A DNA stretch of 64,000 nt. Source: Takakia lepidozioides (lineage: Eukaryota > Plantae > Bryophyta). Shown in pieces: positions 12,716 through 24,574 of the stretch. The stretch is from positions 3,968,001-4,032,000 of the forward strand of contig CM060732.1 in NCBI GenBank assembly GCA_030704615.1, given 5' to 3'. The notes below the pieces were generated by a model. That model was given only the letters and a program-made list of their open reading frames with translations. It was not told the DNA's origin and searched no databases. Positions within the stretch are counted from its first letter, which is position 1, and each line of letters starts with the position of its first letter. A program made the translations under genes and the position numbers.

Positions 12716-12850
12716 TGCATGTTGTGTGGGTCTGCTAAAGGGGCAGCCACCATGCTGGTGTGTGATCGATGCTCTAGAGGTTGGCATATGGGATGCTTGA
12801 CTCCACCTCTTGAGATGGTTCCGGATGGGGATTGGTTATGTCCACAATGC
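12716..12850 (+). other. PHD finger at integrase C-terminus, copy 1
   Basis: CMLCGSAKGAATMLVCDRCSRGWHMGCLTPPLEMVPDGDWLCPQC is a C4-H-C3 PHD finger. Confidence 0.93.
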
Positions 12851-13108
12851 ATTGGATAGTGGGAGTGGATACAACCATGGGAGGCTAACAAGAAATGCAA
12901 GGCCAAGCTACTAGGAGACCTTGAACACACGAGATCCTAACTCAAGTTCACAGATTGCAAGACGGCGACTAACGATGGGGCTACTCTTGTACCCGACCTC
13001 TTGGTCTACAGAGTTTGAGTACAACAGGGCCAGTGATAGAGGACTTAGTACGGCTATGGCTACTACATCTTGTAGCTATCTGGAGTTAGAGGGACCTATC
13101 CACCTGTT

Positions 13109-13390
13109 AGGGGGGCGATTGTGGCAGACTACTTTATTGTGCATCTATGTGTGGTGTGGTTTGGACAGCGATGTAGTTGTGTAGCGATATGTATGTGCAC
13201 GACAGCTGTCAAGTTAAATAAACACAGTGTGAAACTAAATAAAACTAGTTATTTGTATTTAACACTTGGATTTAGTTCAAGTGTTAAGTCAGGTGTTAAG
13301 TTTATTGTGGCAGACTACTTTATTGTGCATCTATGTGTGGTATGGTTTGGACAGCGATGTAGTTGTGTAGCGATATGTATGCGCACGACA
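13109..13390 (+). repeat. 3' terminal module of copy 1: PPT-like tract, B1, GC, A2, AT, B2
   Basis: AGGGGGGCGA at 13109-13118; B1 13120-13204 (TG...CA); junction GACAGCTGTC 13201-13210; A2 13207-13303; B2 13306-13390. Confidence 0.88.
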
Positions 13391-13928
13391 ACTGAATTGT
13401 TAACAAGGGTTCCCAAGAGGGTGGAATGGAGAACTGTTGTCCCTAAAGTAGAGTAACACAAATTCTTCGGGAGGCCAATTTAAAGACCGATACTAGGTGG
13501 CCCGATTCAGCATCGACTACAAATGAACTTTTGGCCAAAATGGAGGAAATGGCCGAAATGGCCAAACTGCCCCTCTCCACCACCTCTGTAGCAGGGAATG
13601 CGTCGCATCCCAGGCCTACAAAGGTAATGGGCAGTGCAAAATGAGTATAATAAGGACTCCCCCCCCTCTTATATAGGGGTTCGGTAGGGCCAATCCTATC
13701 CCCATTTTCTGATATAACCCGACTAGTCCCCCCCTGCGCCATTGGCCCATGCCCTTTCATTTCTATTTGCTTATGTGCCAAAAAACATTATGATGAGGCA
13801 CGATTGGCTGGCGACCCGCCATATAATAGAACAAGCCTAAAACGACGATGGGCTCTCTTGTCGTGCGCATACATATCGCTACACAACTACATCGCTGTCC
13901 AAACCACACAACATATGTGCACACCAAA

Positions 13929-14196
13929 CACTAGTCTATCACTAGTGCACCACTAGGCTGCCACTAGACAACCACTAGTCACCACTAGTGCAGCCACTAG
14001 TCAACCACTAGGCTGCCACTAGCCACCACTAGTGCAGCCACTAGTGCAGCCACTAGTCCAACCACTAGGCTGCCACTAGCCACCACTAGTGCAGCCACTA
14101 GTCCACCACTAGGCTGCCACTAGCCACCACTAGTGCAGCCACTAGTCCATCACTAGGCTGCCACTAGCCACCACTAGTGCAGCCACTAGTCCATCA
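13929..14196. repeat. CCACTAG-based minisatellite inside terminal B segment of copy 2
   Basis: Alternating 10-12 bp units (CCACTAGTGCAG, CCACTAGGCTG, CCACTAGCCA, CCACTAGTCCA) form a ~44-bp higher-order repeat. Confidence 0.9.
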
Positions 14197-14440
14197 CAAT
14201 CGCCCCCCTAGTTGGCGCTTAGGTCCCTCTAAGTCCAGGTAGCCACAAGATGTGATAGTGGCCATAGCCTCACTAGGTCCTCCACCACTGTCCCTACTAC
14301 AAGAGGTCGGGTACAAGAGTTGCTCCATCGTTAGTCGCCGTCTTGCAACCTGTGAACTTGAGTCTGAGATCTTGGGTATTGACTCCTATGAGCTTGGCCT
14401 CCCAAGTCTTGTGAGCTGCCACTAGTCATATCCATTGCCA

Positions 14441-17400
14441 CTATCCCAAGCAGGGTGGACATAACCAATCTCCATCAGGAACCCTCTCAAGAGGTGGTGT
14501 CAAGCATCCCATGTGCCAACCTCTTGAGCATCGATCACATACCAGCATAGTGGCGGCACCACGAGCATGCCCACATAGCATGCAATGCAATCCTACAGGT
14601 ACCACTGCAAGGTTGGGATCTCCTCCCATCCACATATGGAAGGTGACATGGCGCACAATTGCGCACATGATCCTTCCATACCATGCCATCTTGACCCTCC
14701 AGAATCAACACTCCTGAAGGTAACACCTCCCTGACCCTTAGAATCATATGTCCTGCTGTGACATCCAAGGTCGTAGGCGCTGTCTGCTGCAGATACACAT
14801 AGTCCCCAGGGTGGAAACGCCGAACACCTGACCGATATCCCCCTCCACGTATAGTGACATACCTCAATGTGTCTCGGTGTTGGGCAATAGCAAGATTCTC
14901 AAAAGCCATAGGCATGACTCTCTTGAACAACTCTGCCCGCTGGGCACATGCTTGTGTCCACACATCCGGATCATCAAGGTTGAGGACTATTGCAGCCTCC
15001 CTACGAATAGATGTAAGCAAATCCGGCTCTCAGCCAAAGAGAAGGAAATATGGTGAGAAGGAGGCAAGTGATGCTTGCTTGCTGAACCTGTAGCACATGG
15101 CTAACCAAGGTACCTGAAGATCCCAATCTCCTAGGTGTCCCTTTTGCAAGCCATATTTGCGCAAACCCCTCTTCACCGTCTGCACCACTCTCTCTGCCAA
15201 GCCATCGGCCTCAGGATGATCCCGAGAAGTGGTACGGTGGTCTATCAAGGCTTTATCACACAAAGCCTGAAACTCCCCCAAGAACTCTCTCCCTTGGTCC
15301 GTGAGTACCTCAGCTGGAGCACCGAATCGGCTAAGCACACGATCCAGGAATGCATATGCAGCCCCCTCACTAGGCTTGTCAGGCAATGGAACCAACTCAA
15401 TCCACTTGGAGAAGTGCTCCACCATCACCAACACATATCTGTGGTGGCGTATCGTCAATGACAACGGCCCTACAAAGTCAAGACTCCATCTGTAGCCCAA
15501 TCCCATGATGGGTAATGGATGCAACTATGGTGTAGGGGCGTTGAATGAAGCACGCACCCTGTCACACACTATGCACCTAGCCACGAATTGTTGCACCTCT
15601 GTGTGCATACCATGCCACCAATACTGCCCCTGCAGTAAACTATGCACGCTTAAGCAGTGCGGGTGGCATCAAGTTAGTCCACCATAACCGTGGACGATGA
15701 GCCCGTGATCCCACTGCAGCTGCATCCAGCAACACTGCTGACCCAAGCCACGACTAGACTTGATGCACACTGGTCATCACCCTGGCCCGAGAATTGCCCA
15801 TCAGTGGCACATTCTCCAAGATGTATGCTGGAGATACAGCTTGATGAAGCTGTAAGTGGCGCAAAACCCGCACCATCTCCCAAAACAGACCCGACCTCGA
15901 GTCTTGCAATCCATTGTCATGCCCGGCTGATGAATGCCTTGGCAGGGCCAACCTGCCACTACCAGATCAATGGAGCCAACCTGCTCCAAATCCTGCGCCC
16001 CCAGCAAAGAAATGTCTGCTGGCAAGGCCTGCTGATATCCACGAACCGCAGACACCGGCAACAACTCAGGGTACTGTTGCATCAACTGAGCAACATGGCG
16101 TAGGGAGATGCGTTGTGCAGTCTTATCCCTCTCCACATATAAGTACCGCCGTACTCGTACACCTGCCTGTAGAACAACAGCCAATCCGGTGCTGATCCCG
16201 CCAAACAAGTCCAAAGGGCAAATGCCTTCATCCGGACACTGCCACACGATCGGTGTGGTGTCCAATGGAGACAACTGAGGTGGTCCTGGTGCAATCCCCG
16301 CACCGTCCTCCTCTCCTGACGATACAAAAGCCTCTACCCAGGCTTGTTGCACCCGTCGATCAGCAACCCGCTGGAAATCCTTGCTCGAGCCCCACGATGG
16401 AGTGTGAGCAACCATGGCAGGCAACTCCGCCATACCATACATGTTATCCTACTCTCTCGGAGGTGATACATCTTCTGAATGAGTGTTGCCATCCAACAAC
16501 TCTCTAGGCCAAGTCACTGCAGCTGTGAATGCTGCCAGTGTCGGCATCTTGCCTCGCTGGGCAACCGCAACTCCTCCTATGAACGTCACAGGGAGCTGCA
16601 CATGCCGGCCCTCCCCTGACTGCTATCCAGGCCTATAGGAAGCTGACTCCTCCCAAAAATCCAAGGTGAAGCCCATGGGGTACAACACTGCTCCACCAAC
16701 AAGGACATCATACGAGACCGCGTCTGTCACAATGCCCTTGGCTCTCATCACTGAGCCATCTGTAGGATGATCCGGCTGTAGTCTGATAGCCAACTCACGC
16801 CGTGTCATGCCCCAAGCCTGCTCTGACCCTCCCAGAGATGTATGTATCTGGAAAGGGCACAGTTTCATATCCGCCTCCGTGAGGCCCAAGCCTACAATAG
16901 CAGCTCTGCCCAGCATCAATGGCTGAGTTCCCGAGTCCAACAAGACCCGCAGTGGCCGGTACCTCTTGCCTGCCGGTCCACTCAAACAGAAAATGTCATC
17001 CTGGTTGTCTAACATGACAACTCCAGGTGTCACCATGGCGCGCTCAATGGCTGACCTAGCTGACAGCTCCATCAACCTGGCAGCTGCAGCTTGCCATGGC
17101 GCCGCCGTGGCAGTCTTGACCCTCACATCCGAAGATCCCTCCGGCACTACACCTCCCACTATCTCCGCAGAAGATGAAGTAACCTCCCCACTCTCACAGA
17201 GTGTCGCTACCAGCCTGAACACCTCAGTTGGTCTTACCCCCGGCGTCGAAATCATGGTAGCCGAGAACAATGGAGCCTGGCACACAGCTGTGGCCGCCCC
17301 TAGCAGCACACTAGCTGCCGTAGCCTTGGCAACACTACGTAGTGGTGTTGCCCGTGTAGCTCTCCCCAATGGCATAGTAACCTCCGCCTCGGTAACAGTC

Positions 17401-19009
17401 GGGCAGGAACTAGGTGCCATGGACGGCGTCGACACTGTCTCCGCCAATGTCAATGACTGAGGAAGCCTGGCCTGACGACTTGCCTCCCCACGCTGTGGAT
17501 CTAACTCCACCTCCGCACCCCGTGGCTCAGGAACTCGTGCTGCTCCTTGAGTCACTGCCGCAGCTGACTCCACTTGCACTAGTGGTAGTCCTGCCCCGCA
17601 CATAGTGGTAGTGGTAGTACTGCCCGACACTAGTGGTAGTGGTGCCCCACCCATAGTGGTAGTGGTAATGGCACCCCTCACTAGTGGTAGTGGTGCCCCA
17701 CCCATAGTGGTAGTGGTAGTGGCACCCCTCACTAGTGGTAGTGCTGCCCCGCACATGAATCCCATGCCTCCTAAGTCTCCTCCCTCAGGAGCAGGAGGTG
17801 GACCATCCAGCCTTGGAGCCGGTACCACCTGAGCTGTGGCCATGGCAACAAGCCTCTACTCTAGCTGCTGAAGCCGGTTAGCCATGCCTTGGTCACCACC
17901 CTGACCTCCGCGTCCTTGGCCATGTTGAGCCTGCCCTTGGCCTGCACCTTGTGCCTGGCCACCTCGTCCTCTCTGGGCTGCTCCACCTCGCCCCCGGCCA
18001 CCATTGTTCCATTGGAACTGGCTTGGGCGCAACTCAGGGTGCAAACCATAGCACTGGGCCTCTCCATGCCCGTACCTGCCACAATGCCCACACTGCACCT
18101 GTGCAGGCTATGCCGGTGCCAAACCATTGCCTCCCTCTGGGCAATCCTTCTTGACATGGGGTCCTCCACATGTCCTTACCTGAGCCCCCTTGCTGCCTTG
18201 AGCACGTTGAGGTAGTGGCTAGCTAGGAGCACCACTACCCCATGGTGCCTCCTTAGCAAATCCCACCATGACCACTCGTTCCTCCACCATGTTGAGCTCT
18301 ATCCGCTCTGCCAGCAAAAACACATTTGCTAAGGTGGGTTGGGCCGCTTGTATGAGAGTTGTATCCCGCACCCTTCTCCTCAACTCCTTGTTCAATATCC
18401 CATACCAGATTTGGACTACCTGAGCCTCTTGGGTTACATTAATCAAGCGCTTCATGCGAGTGAAAGCCTCCCTCAAGCTCTCAGTAGGCTTCCGTTGGAA
18501 CTCTTGCAAGCTCCTCAACTTCTCTGTCATCACCCCTTGGTAGTTCCTTCTCAACTCTTCGAAGAACTCCACAACAGGGTTGAAGGCAGGCACCGCCACT
18601 GGTGCTGGTGCAACAATAGCTTGGGTGGAAGTCGTAGATGTTGTACCACTAGTCTCACTACTGCTCGTGGAAGCTGTTGTTGTAGCTGCTGCTGCTGGTG
18701 CAGCTGCCGGTGTGGCTGCTGCCCTTGTGCCTCTAGTGATGGAAACATAGTCGGGTGACCAGTACATCCTCCACTCCTCGATCTCAACATCGTGCCCCCG
18801 CCTTAACTCATGGTAATCGTCCATGGGCGGCCCCTCAAGGTGTTGAAACAGCCCCTTCCATGCCATGAAAGGCGTAAACAGTTGTGGATTGCGCATTTGC
18901 TGCAGTCACACCAACTATCAAACTCTTGGATAAAATCATCCAACTCAATGGTGCCCACCGCCCCAGAGTACCTTCGTGGCCCCTTGGTGGCTCCATACAT
19001 CTCCTCCAT
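14441..19009 (-). pseudogene. gag-protease-DNMT(N-terminal part)-integrase-PHD remnant of copy 2
   Basis: Gag FQRKPTESLREAF; CGHCGRYGHGEAQC; VLLDSGTQ; LDLFGGISTG, GWPCQ, ENVP, AHRPRLWWTN (15645-16230). Then a direct jump to the integrase Zn-binding region at ~15643, followed by rve core and PHD. Confidence 0.88.
17563..17752 (-). repeat. In-frame 57-bp tandem repeat (GAxLPLVxGxTTTTTMx) in copy 2 polyprotein
   Basis: About three units in ORF 16623..17843; copy 1 has only one partial unit. Confidence 0.8.
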
Positions 19010-20202
19010 CGTGTTCCACAACAATGGCAAGGAAACAACTTGCACCGCCAATGTGAGTCTTCCTGATTCACAATCCGAATCAGAACCTTCCGTAGAAGAC
19101 ACAGGAGGTGAAGGTGGCCTAAACCGCACACCTCATCTCGTATACCCGCTAGTATCGCTAGTGCTCGTACCGGCACTTTCCCCAGCAACTAGTGGCACCT
19201 CCGTGTTGACAAATTGACACTCAACCGGTCATGAACATGTCTCTAACCCCCTCTCCACAAGGTAACCGGGTAGAGAACCTGATGCGGCTTATGGTTTGGA
19301 ATACTAGGTTCCTAACATAGCCTGCACCTGCACTTGCATCCACCGCAGGCATTCCTATGGTTGGCTAGTTATCACCTCCAACCTCACCACAGGAGAAACA
19401 AAGATGGTCTGACTAGTCATCAACCCAGCCTCACCATCGACAGCATGCTCTAGGGTGGGATCGGCGATAAAGCCCGAGTCCACCACCTATAAAATCAAGC
19501 GCCCACACAAAACTAGCATGGCGCACAATCAAGCATGCAGGTGTGGAGGGGATCCAAACACAAGAATGAAAACAACAACTCCCCCACACCAAAAATCTCT
19601 CCACAGTGTCGATCCTGCAACCCAGCCCAAACCCGGACTGACTCTTGCCTCCACCTACGGAAAGGTCTCGGCCTACAGAGAAGGTGGAAAGCTACGAGGA
19701 AGGGAAACTAGAGCAATGCCTATCCCAAGCACGCTCTCATCCCAACACCTTCTTTTTTCCTCTCTTCTCTCACTTGCATGACCATGAGAGCATCCTGTAG
19801 ACACTCCTCAAACCGCCCTCCACGAGCTCATGAAACTTGGCCTCCAAGGCCCCATGCAAGCCTCCACAGGGTCCGCCAGTGCCTCCTTACGTCCACCAGC
19901 CATTCCTCCGAATGGAGCCACCTCAGGAAACCACACCATTCGTTGAAGGTTAAAAAATGGAGCAAATAGAGGTACATATAGGCCCCAACAACATTCTGTC
20001 CAAAGGAATTACCTGCAGGCTGGTCTTCCCCATAGTTAAGAATTGGGCTGAAAACCCGAAAAGATTACCTGCAGGGAAGTAATCCCCTTTGTTAAAACGC
20101 AACAGGGAGGCAATTCCGACTTTTCTGCCGGATCAGCTAGCTCAAAACCGTTGTTCTTCAGAGCCCAGCCTCCCCATCAAGGTCCCACGAATCGAGTGAA
20201 AA

Positions 20203-20246
<44 letters not shown>

Positions 20247-21977
20247 AAAACTGTTCGCGGCCTTCCGTGGCTCCAACCGCCACGACTCCTCACGGCCCGC
20301 CCTAGGCACTCGTTGGCCACAGGCTGCCCAGTGATACCCCATGGTACCACTCCCACGAGCCTTCACGGCCCGCCATCCCCACGATCTGGTCACCGTGCCC
20401 ACCCGTTGTATCCGCACCACGACTTCCAACGGTCACGGTCAACGGTCACGGTCAACCATCACGACCTGGGCTCGTGGTATCTCGTGATGCCGCCCCAACG
20501 GCCCATCACGACCACTATTCCCTGCAATCCCTGGAACTCCCAACGAGTTCTCATGCATTCCCGAGGCGTTCCCGGCGTTCCCACGCGTTCCCGAGCTGGG
20601 GTTTGCTCCTGCACCTGCTGCCGCTGAGCTATGGCTTCTGCGGAGCCATCAGCCCCGTCGCCCTGCACTCCTGAGCTCTCACGGCCCACTAGAAGTGCCC
20701 CCAACTCAACAAGCAAGCTATATGCTGCCCAACAAGCTCCCTTTTCTTCATGAAGCTCACAAAAACAAATCTGAATATACACACCTTTACAAACTTGGTG
20801 CACCTGCACTTCTCATGCATCTCCCTTGGCTCTAGGGCGCCTCGTTGCTGCCCTTCCAGCCCCGCTCTTGCCACTCCAAGAGCCCTTACACTGCAGAGTT
20901 TCAGATTGAAACTCCAACTCAGCATATGTTTCACAAGTGCACTGATTTGCACACAAGGGGGACCAGCCCCCTCTCTTCACTCATACCTCTTCATGAGCTT
21001 GGAGCTGAAGCTCCCAACGGGCTGCGATGCATCTCCTCGCAGCTCAACCATTCGGTTGTTCTTCATCTACCCGCAACAACTGATTTCGGGCAGAAATACT
21101 TGGAGCTGATCATGTCATCTCCAACTTGCAACATGTTAGCTTCCATGCGCAGCCCACATTTCTGCAGCTCCTTAACTCGGCCTGCAGCTGAAGAAGACGA
21201 CCACCAGTTCACCCACTCGTGGCCAACATTTCCTCCGCTTCACACTAGAAGCCAAAACTTGGTTGCCATAGCGTTGAGCTATGCAACGCCGCTCTTCAAC
21301 ATAGGCTATCCGCCTCTATATCCATGGCAAACCTGCAACCTGTTCGTCTTTGCACTCTATCCGCTTTGGATAGGCTCATGCACGGCTCCCTGCAATCTAG
21401 GCTGAACCGCTTCTCATGATCTGAAAACACAAGTGCTACAACTAACTCGAACCTGACACTCATAGACTCGAGCTGATCTTTCTCGAGTGATAAGGAAATG
21501 AATGATACAAGCATACAAGCTCTCTCAAACTCACACACTCGCACATGAAAACATCACTCATATATTAAGTCGAGCCAAGTGCACCCAACGCCATGGAGAA
21601 TCCACACTACGGCGCCATAGCTAGACGCGGTGAGGCTCAACTCAAGAAAGATGAGCCCACCGCGATTTGCCGTGAAGATAACAACGCCAGGTGCCCAAAC
21701 ATGTATTGGCCCCTGGATTGACACTTGGGTCAATCCCAAATGTCAATATATAAAAGCTAGCTATTTCCTAGCTAACTTCACACTAGTGGTAAAATAACTT
21801 GACACTCTTGCTTTGGCAAAACATACAAGAAGGTGAGAGTAGGGGGCATGACTCAGCACAATCGGACCAATTGGTGCCTTGACACGGTGTAAGGTCCTTT
21901 GACCAAATTTTCTCCATTGACTTGAACATGCTGCAAAGTCTCTCTCTGCCAGAGAGCCAACAAATATAATGCGTTTT

Positions 21978-23230
21978 CGGGACCGCCAGAATGACCGGTC
22001 CCCACATGAAACATGGGGACCACCGACGACCGCCACTGGTTTCACTTTATTAAAAGATTATTGCACGGAAAAAATTAAAACCCTTATACGCCGGGAGGCT
22101 TAATTAATAATTTTATTAAATAGATTTCAACCAAAAAATTTGGGCCGCGAAATCGGGACCGCCAGATCTGGCGGTCCCGTTTTTTTTTTTTTGGGAGGAA
22201 TCTTTAATTTATTATATTGATTTTAAAAAAACAATGTCGGTGGAAAATTGGGGACCGCCGGCTCTGGCGGTCCCAACTTCTGCTGGCTGACAACTGTTTT
22301 TTTGGGGCGAGCCAACGTTCAACACTATTAAACAATCAGGAGGGTGTGAGGCTAGATTCCGGGGCCGGGGATATATTCCCCCTTTCAGTCCGGTATTACC
22401 GATATGAGGGTCGTAGCACAGTAGGGCAGTGACATGCTTGATAGGATGGAACCTAGCACAAAGATTAACCTTACTCATACACATTCATCCAAACACTTCA
22501 AAGGTACACCGTACATGATCTGTGACCAAAATCCACCACCCCGAGTCCTTGAGTGCTTTGATTTATATAGTACTTAAGCATGTAATCTTATCTTGGCCAA
22601 ACGGCCGTCATTCATTGGCTGGCCAGATGCCATCCTAGCTAGGCCACACAATCAGGCCACCTCACCTAATCTAATCCTAATCTAACTGTTAACTAAAGAC
22701 AACATCAACTTAATGTAGCCAGCTGTTTCGACACCTAATACGTAACGGCTACTCCGTCATCATCCATCTAGGACTAACTGAGAGCATCATCCTGCACGCC
22801 ATTCGTTACCCTGAATGAGCATCTCCATCCTGCTCCATCCGCGATCTCATTCATCCATGCCCAAAAGCAAGCAGGTTGGAATCAAGCCGTTACAAGGGGG
22901 AAAACAAATAAAACCCAAATTCACCCAAATTAAACCCCCCAAAAAAATATAAACGTTTGAAGGGAAGAGAATCAAATCCATATACCGTCGTCGGGAGCCT
23001 CTGTTTTATTATACGTATTTGTCTTTTTGGTTTTTAAAAAAAGTGTAGGTCACGATATGGGGACCGCCATCGCTGGCGGTCCCCAATTTTCGCTGGTTTT
23101 GTCCTTTTTGGTTGGGATTTTATTTTTGGGTTGGCCGGGGTTGGCCGGGGTTTTTGGGTTGACCGGGGTTGGCAGTCCCGTTTTTTTACGAATGATGTGA
23201 ACACGGGACTGCCATCTTTGACGGTCCCTA
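21978..23230. repeat. Dispersed palindromic GGGACCGCC-N6/7-GGCGGTCCC motifs, probably subterminal repeats of a DNA transposon
   Basis: Copies at ~21979, 22155 (perfect GGGACCGCCAGATCTGGCGGTCCC), 22251, 23060 and 23205. Confidence 0.6.
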
Positions 23231-24540
23231 ATTCCGATTTGCCAATATTTTAATTTTAATTTCGTGATTTCAGTTTTGTTTTTTCCCGTGCGAGTGCGCA
23301 GGGGCTGAAGCACTTCACCAGGCGACCGCTGCCAAAGTGGTCGCCCATATTTTCTCTTTTTTCCCATTTTTCTTAAAATTCCAGCTATAGGTTTTTTTGT
23401 TTTTTTTTAAAAAAAATTCCCCGTCCGAGTGCGCGGCGGCAAGCGAACTTTTCCCAGCGGTCGCCCGGATTTCATGGGTTTTCCGATTTCAGTTTAATTA
23501 TTTGTTTTTTAGTGATATCCATATTGCGCAGGTCACCGAGATTGAACCCTGAACCACCGGGGTCGCCATGAAGATTCTTTGGAACCTTCCAGGCCCTCCC
23601 CAAACCCATATAAACGAGGCAAGGCCATTGCAGCCTCACTTTCACTTTCCACATTAGCTTGGTGGGTCATCAGATGCTCAGCATTCGACGTCGCTGAGCT
23701 GGTGGAGAGGGAAGCCAGGTGGTTGGGTGAGAGGGTTTTGCGCTCGGTTTCTACGAAACTGTTCCTGATTTCCTCCCCTTAAGCCCTCTCCTGGCTTCAA
23801 ACTACATTTCAAAATCAATATTTATAGGAAATAATAAGCTTTTACGGGACATTTTACTTATCCGAGGGGTTGGCCGGCTCCAAGTGTCCGCCTACATTGT
23901 AGGTTGGTGTGTATGTGTCTTTTTTTGTTTTTTTTTTGTTTTTTTTTTAATTCCACTTGTTATAGACAGCATGCACATTTTGCTAGCCTAGTTGCTGCCC
24001 GTTTCAGTCACATCTTATGACGGCTGCAATTTAGTTGCATTTTTTTTTTTGACCAAACAATGCATTTTTTTTAATAAAATTAATAAAATTATTTATTTAT
24101 TTGTATTTGTGCATTTGTGCATTTGGCATTTGGCATTTGACATTTGGTGGATGTAGTGATGATCGTTGACGATCATCACTTCTGCTCTGATTATTATTTT
24201 TAATTATTATTTTATTATTTTTTGGCATTTGGTATTTGGCATTTGGGTGGATGTAGTGATGATCATCGACGATCATCACTTCTACTATGATTTCTAAGCA
24301 TTTTTATTTTTTTCTTTTATTTTTTTAACAAGATATGGATTAGAAGTGGACAAAATGTATGAAAGCAGGGTTATGAGGAATTTAGCAGAAAATCATCGGC
24401 CATATGAATGGTTCAAAATCAGGACTCAAACATTACGACTATATGGATTAGATGCATTTCTTTTGACAACGTCATTGACTTGTAAAACTTCTGAATACAT
24501 TGCATGCATTTCTTTCCACAATTTCATTGATTTCGGTTGC

Positions 24541-24574
24541 GGTTTAGGGTCTGCGGTTTAGGGTTTAGGGTTTG
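24541..24574 (+). repeat. Short interstitial telomere-like TTTAGGG repeats
   Basis: GGTTTAGGG...GGTTTAGGGTTTAGGGTTTGGG; plant-type telomere motif. Confidence 0.5.

Larger units (their letters stand above)
5753..12859 (+). pseudogene. gag-pol polyprotein remnant of copy 1: Gag, 2 CCHC knuckles, RGG tract, aspartic protease, C5-methyltransferase, RT, RNase H, integrase, PHD
   Basis: Gag FQRKPNESLREAYTRM; CWTCGGPHVKRDC; protease VLLDSGAQ (~7746); RT YASATVMPAKKD..RMCGDYRPVN; RNase H YEGECLAAVW; integrase WSLDFAGP, DQGREF, GLAERVVQ; PHD at the C-terminus. Many stops and frameshifts. Confidence 0.9.
1321..13390 (+). mobile_element. Ty3/Gypsy-type retrotransposon with DNA methyltransferase and PHD finger, copy 1 (full length, decayed, split terminal repeats)
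   Basis: Starts TGTCAAG (1321) and ends GCGCACGACA (13390). ACTG flanks both ends (1317-1320, 13391-13394). Repeat A at 1321-1422 and 13207-13303; repeat B at 13120-13204 and 13306-13390. Internal gag-pol domains are in Gypsy order. Confidence 0.9.
13859..21804 (-). mobile_element. DNMT-PHD Gypsy-type retrotransposon, copy 2 (RT/RNase H deleted, no duplicated terminal repeat)
   Basis: The minus strand starts TGTCAAGTTA (21804) and ends GCGCACGACA (13859). CTCT flanks both ends (13855-13858, 21805-21808). PPT-like tract at ~14200-14210. Confidence 0.88.

Noticed and set aside
1321-13390. Classification as a DIRS/Ngaro/PAT tyrosine-recombinase element because of split repeats
   Set aside because: It has an aspartic protease, rve DDE integrase, TG...CA ends and a 4-bp TSD; I saw no YR motif.
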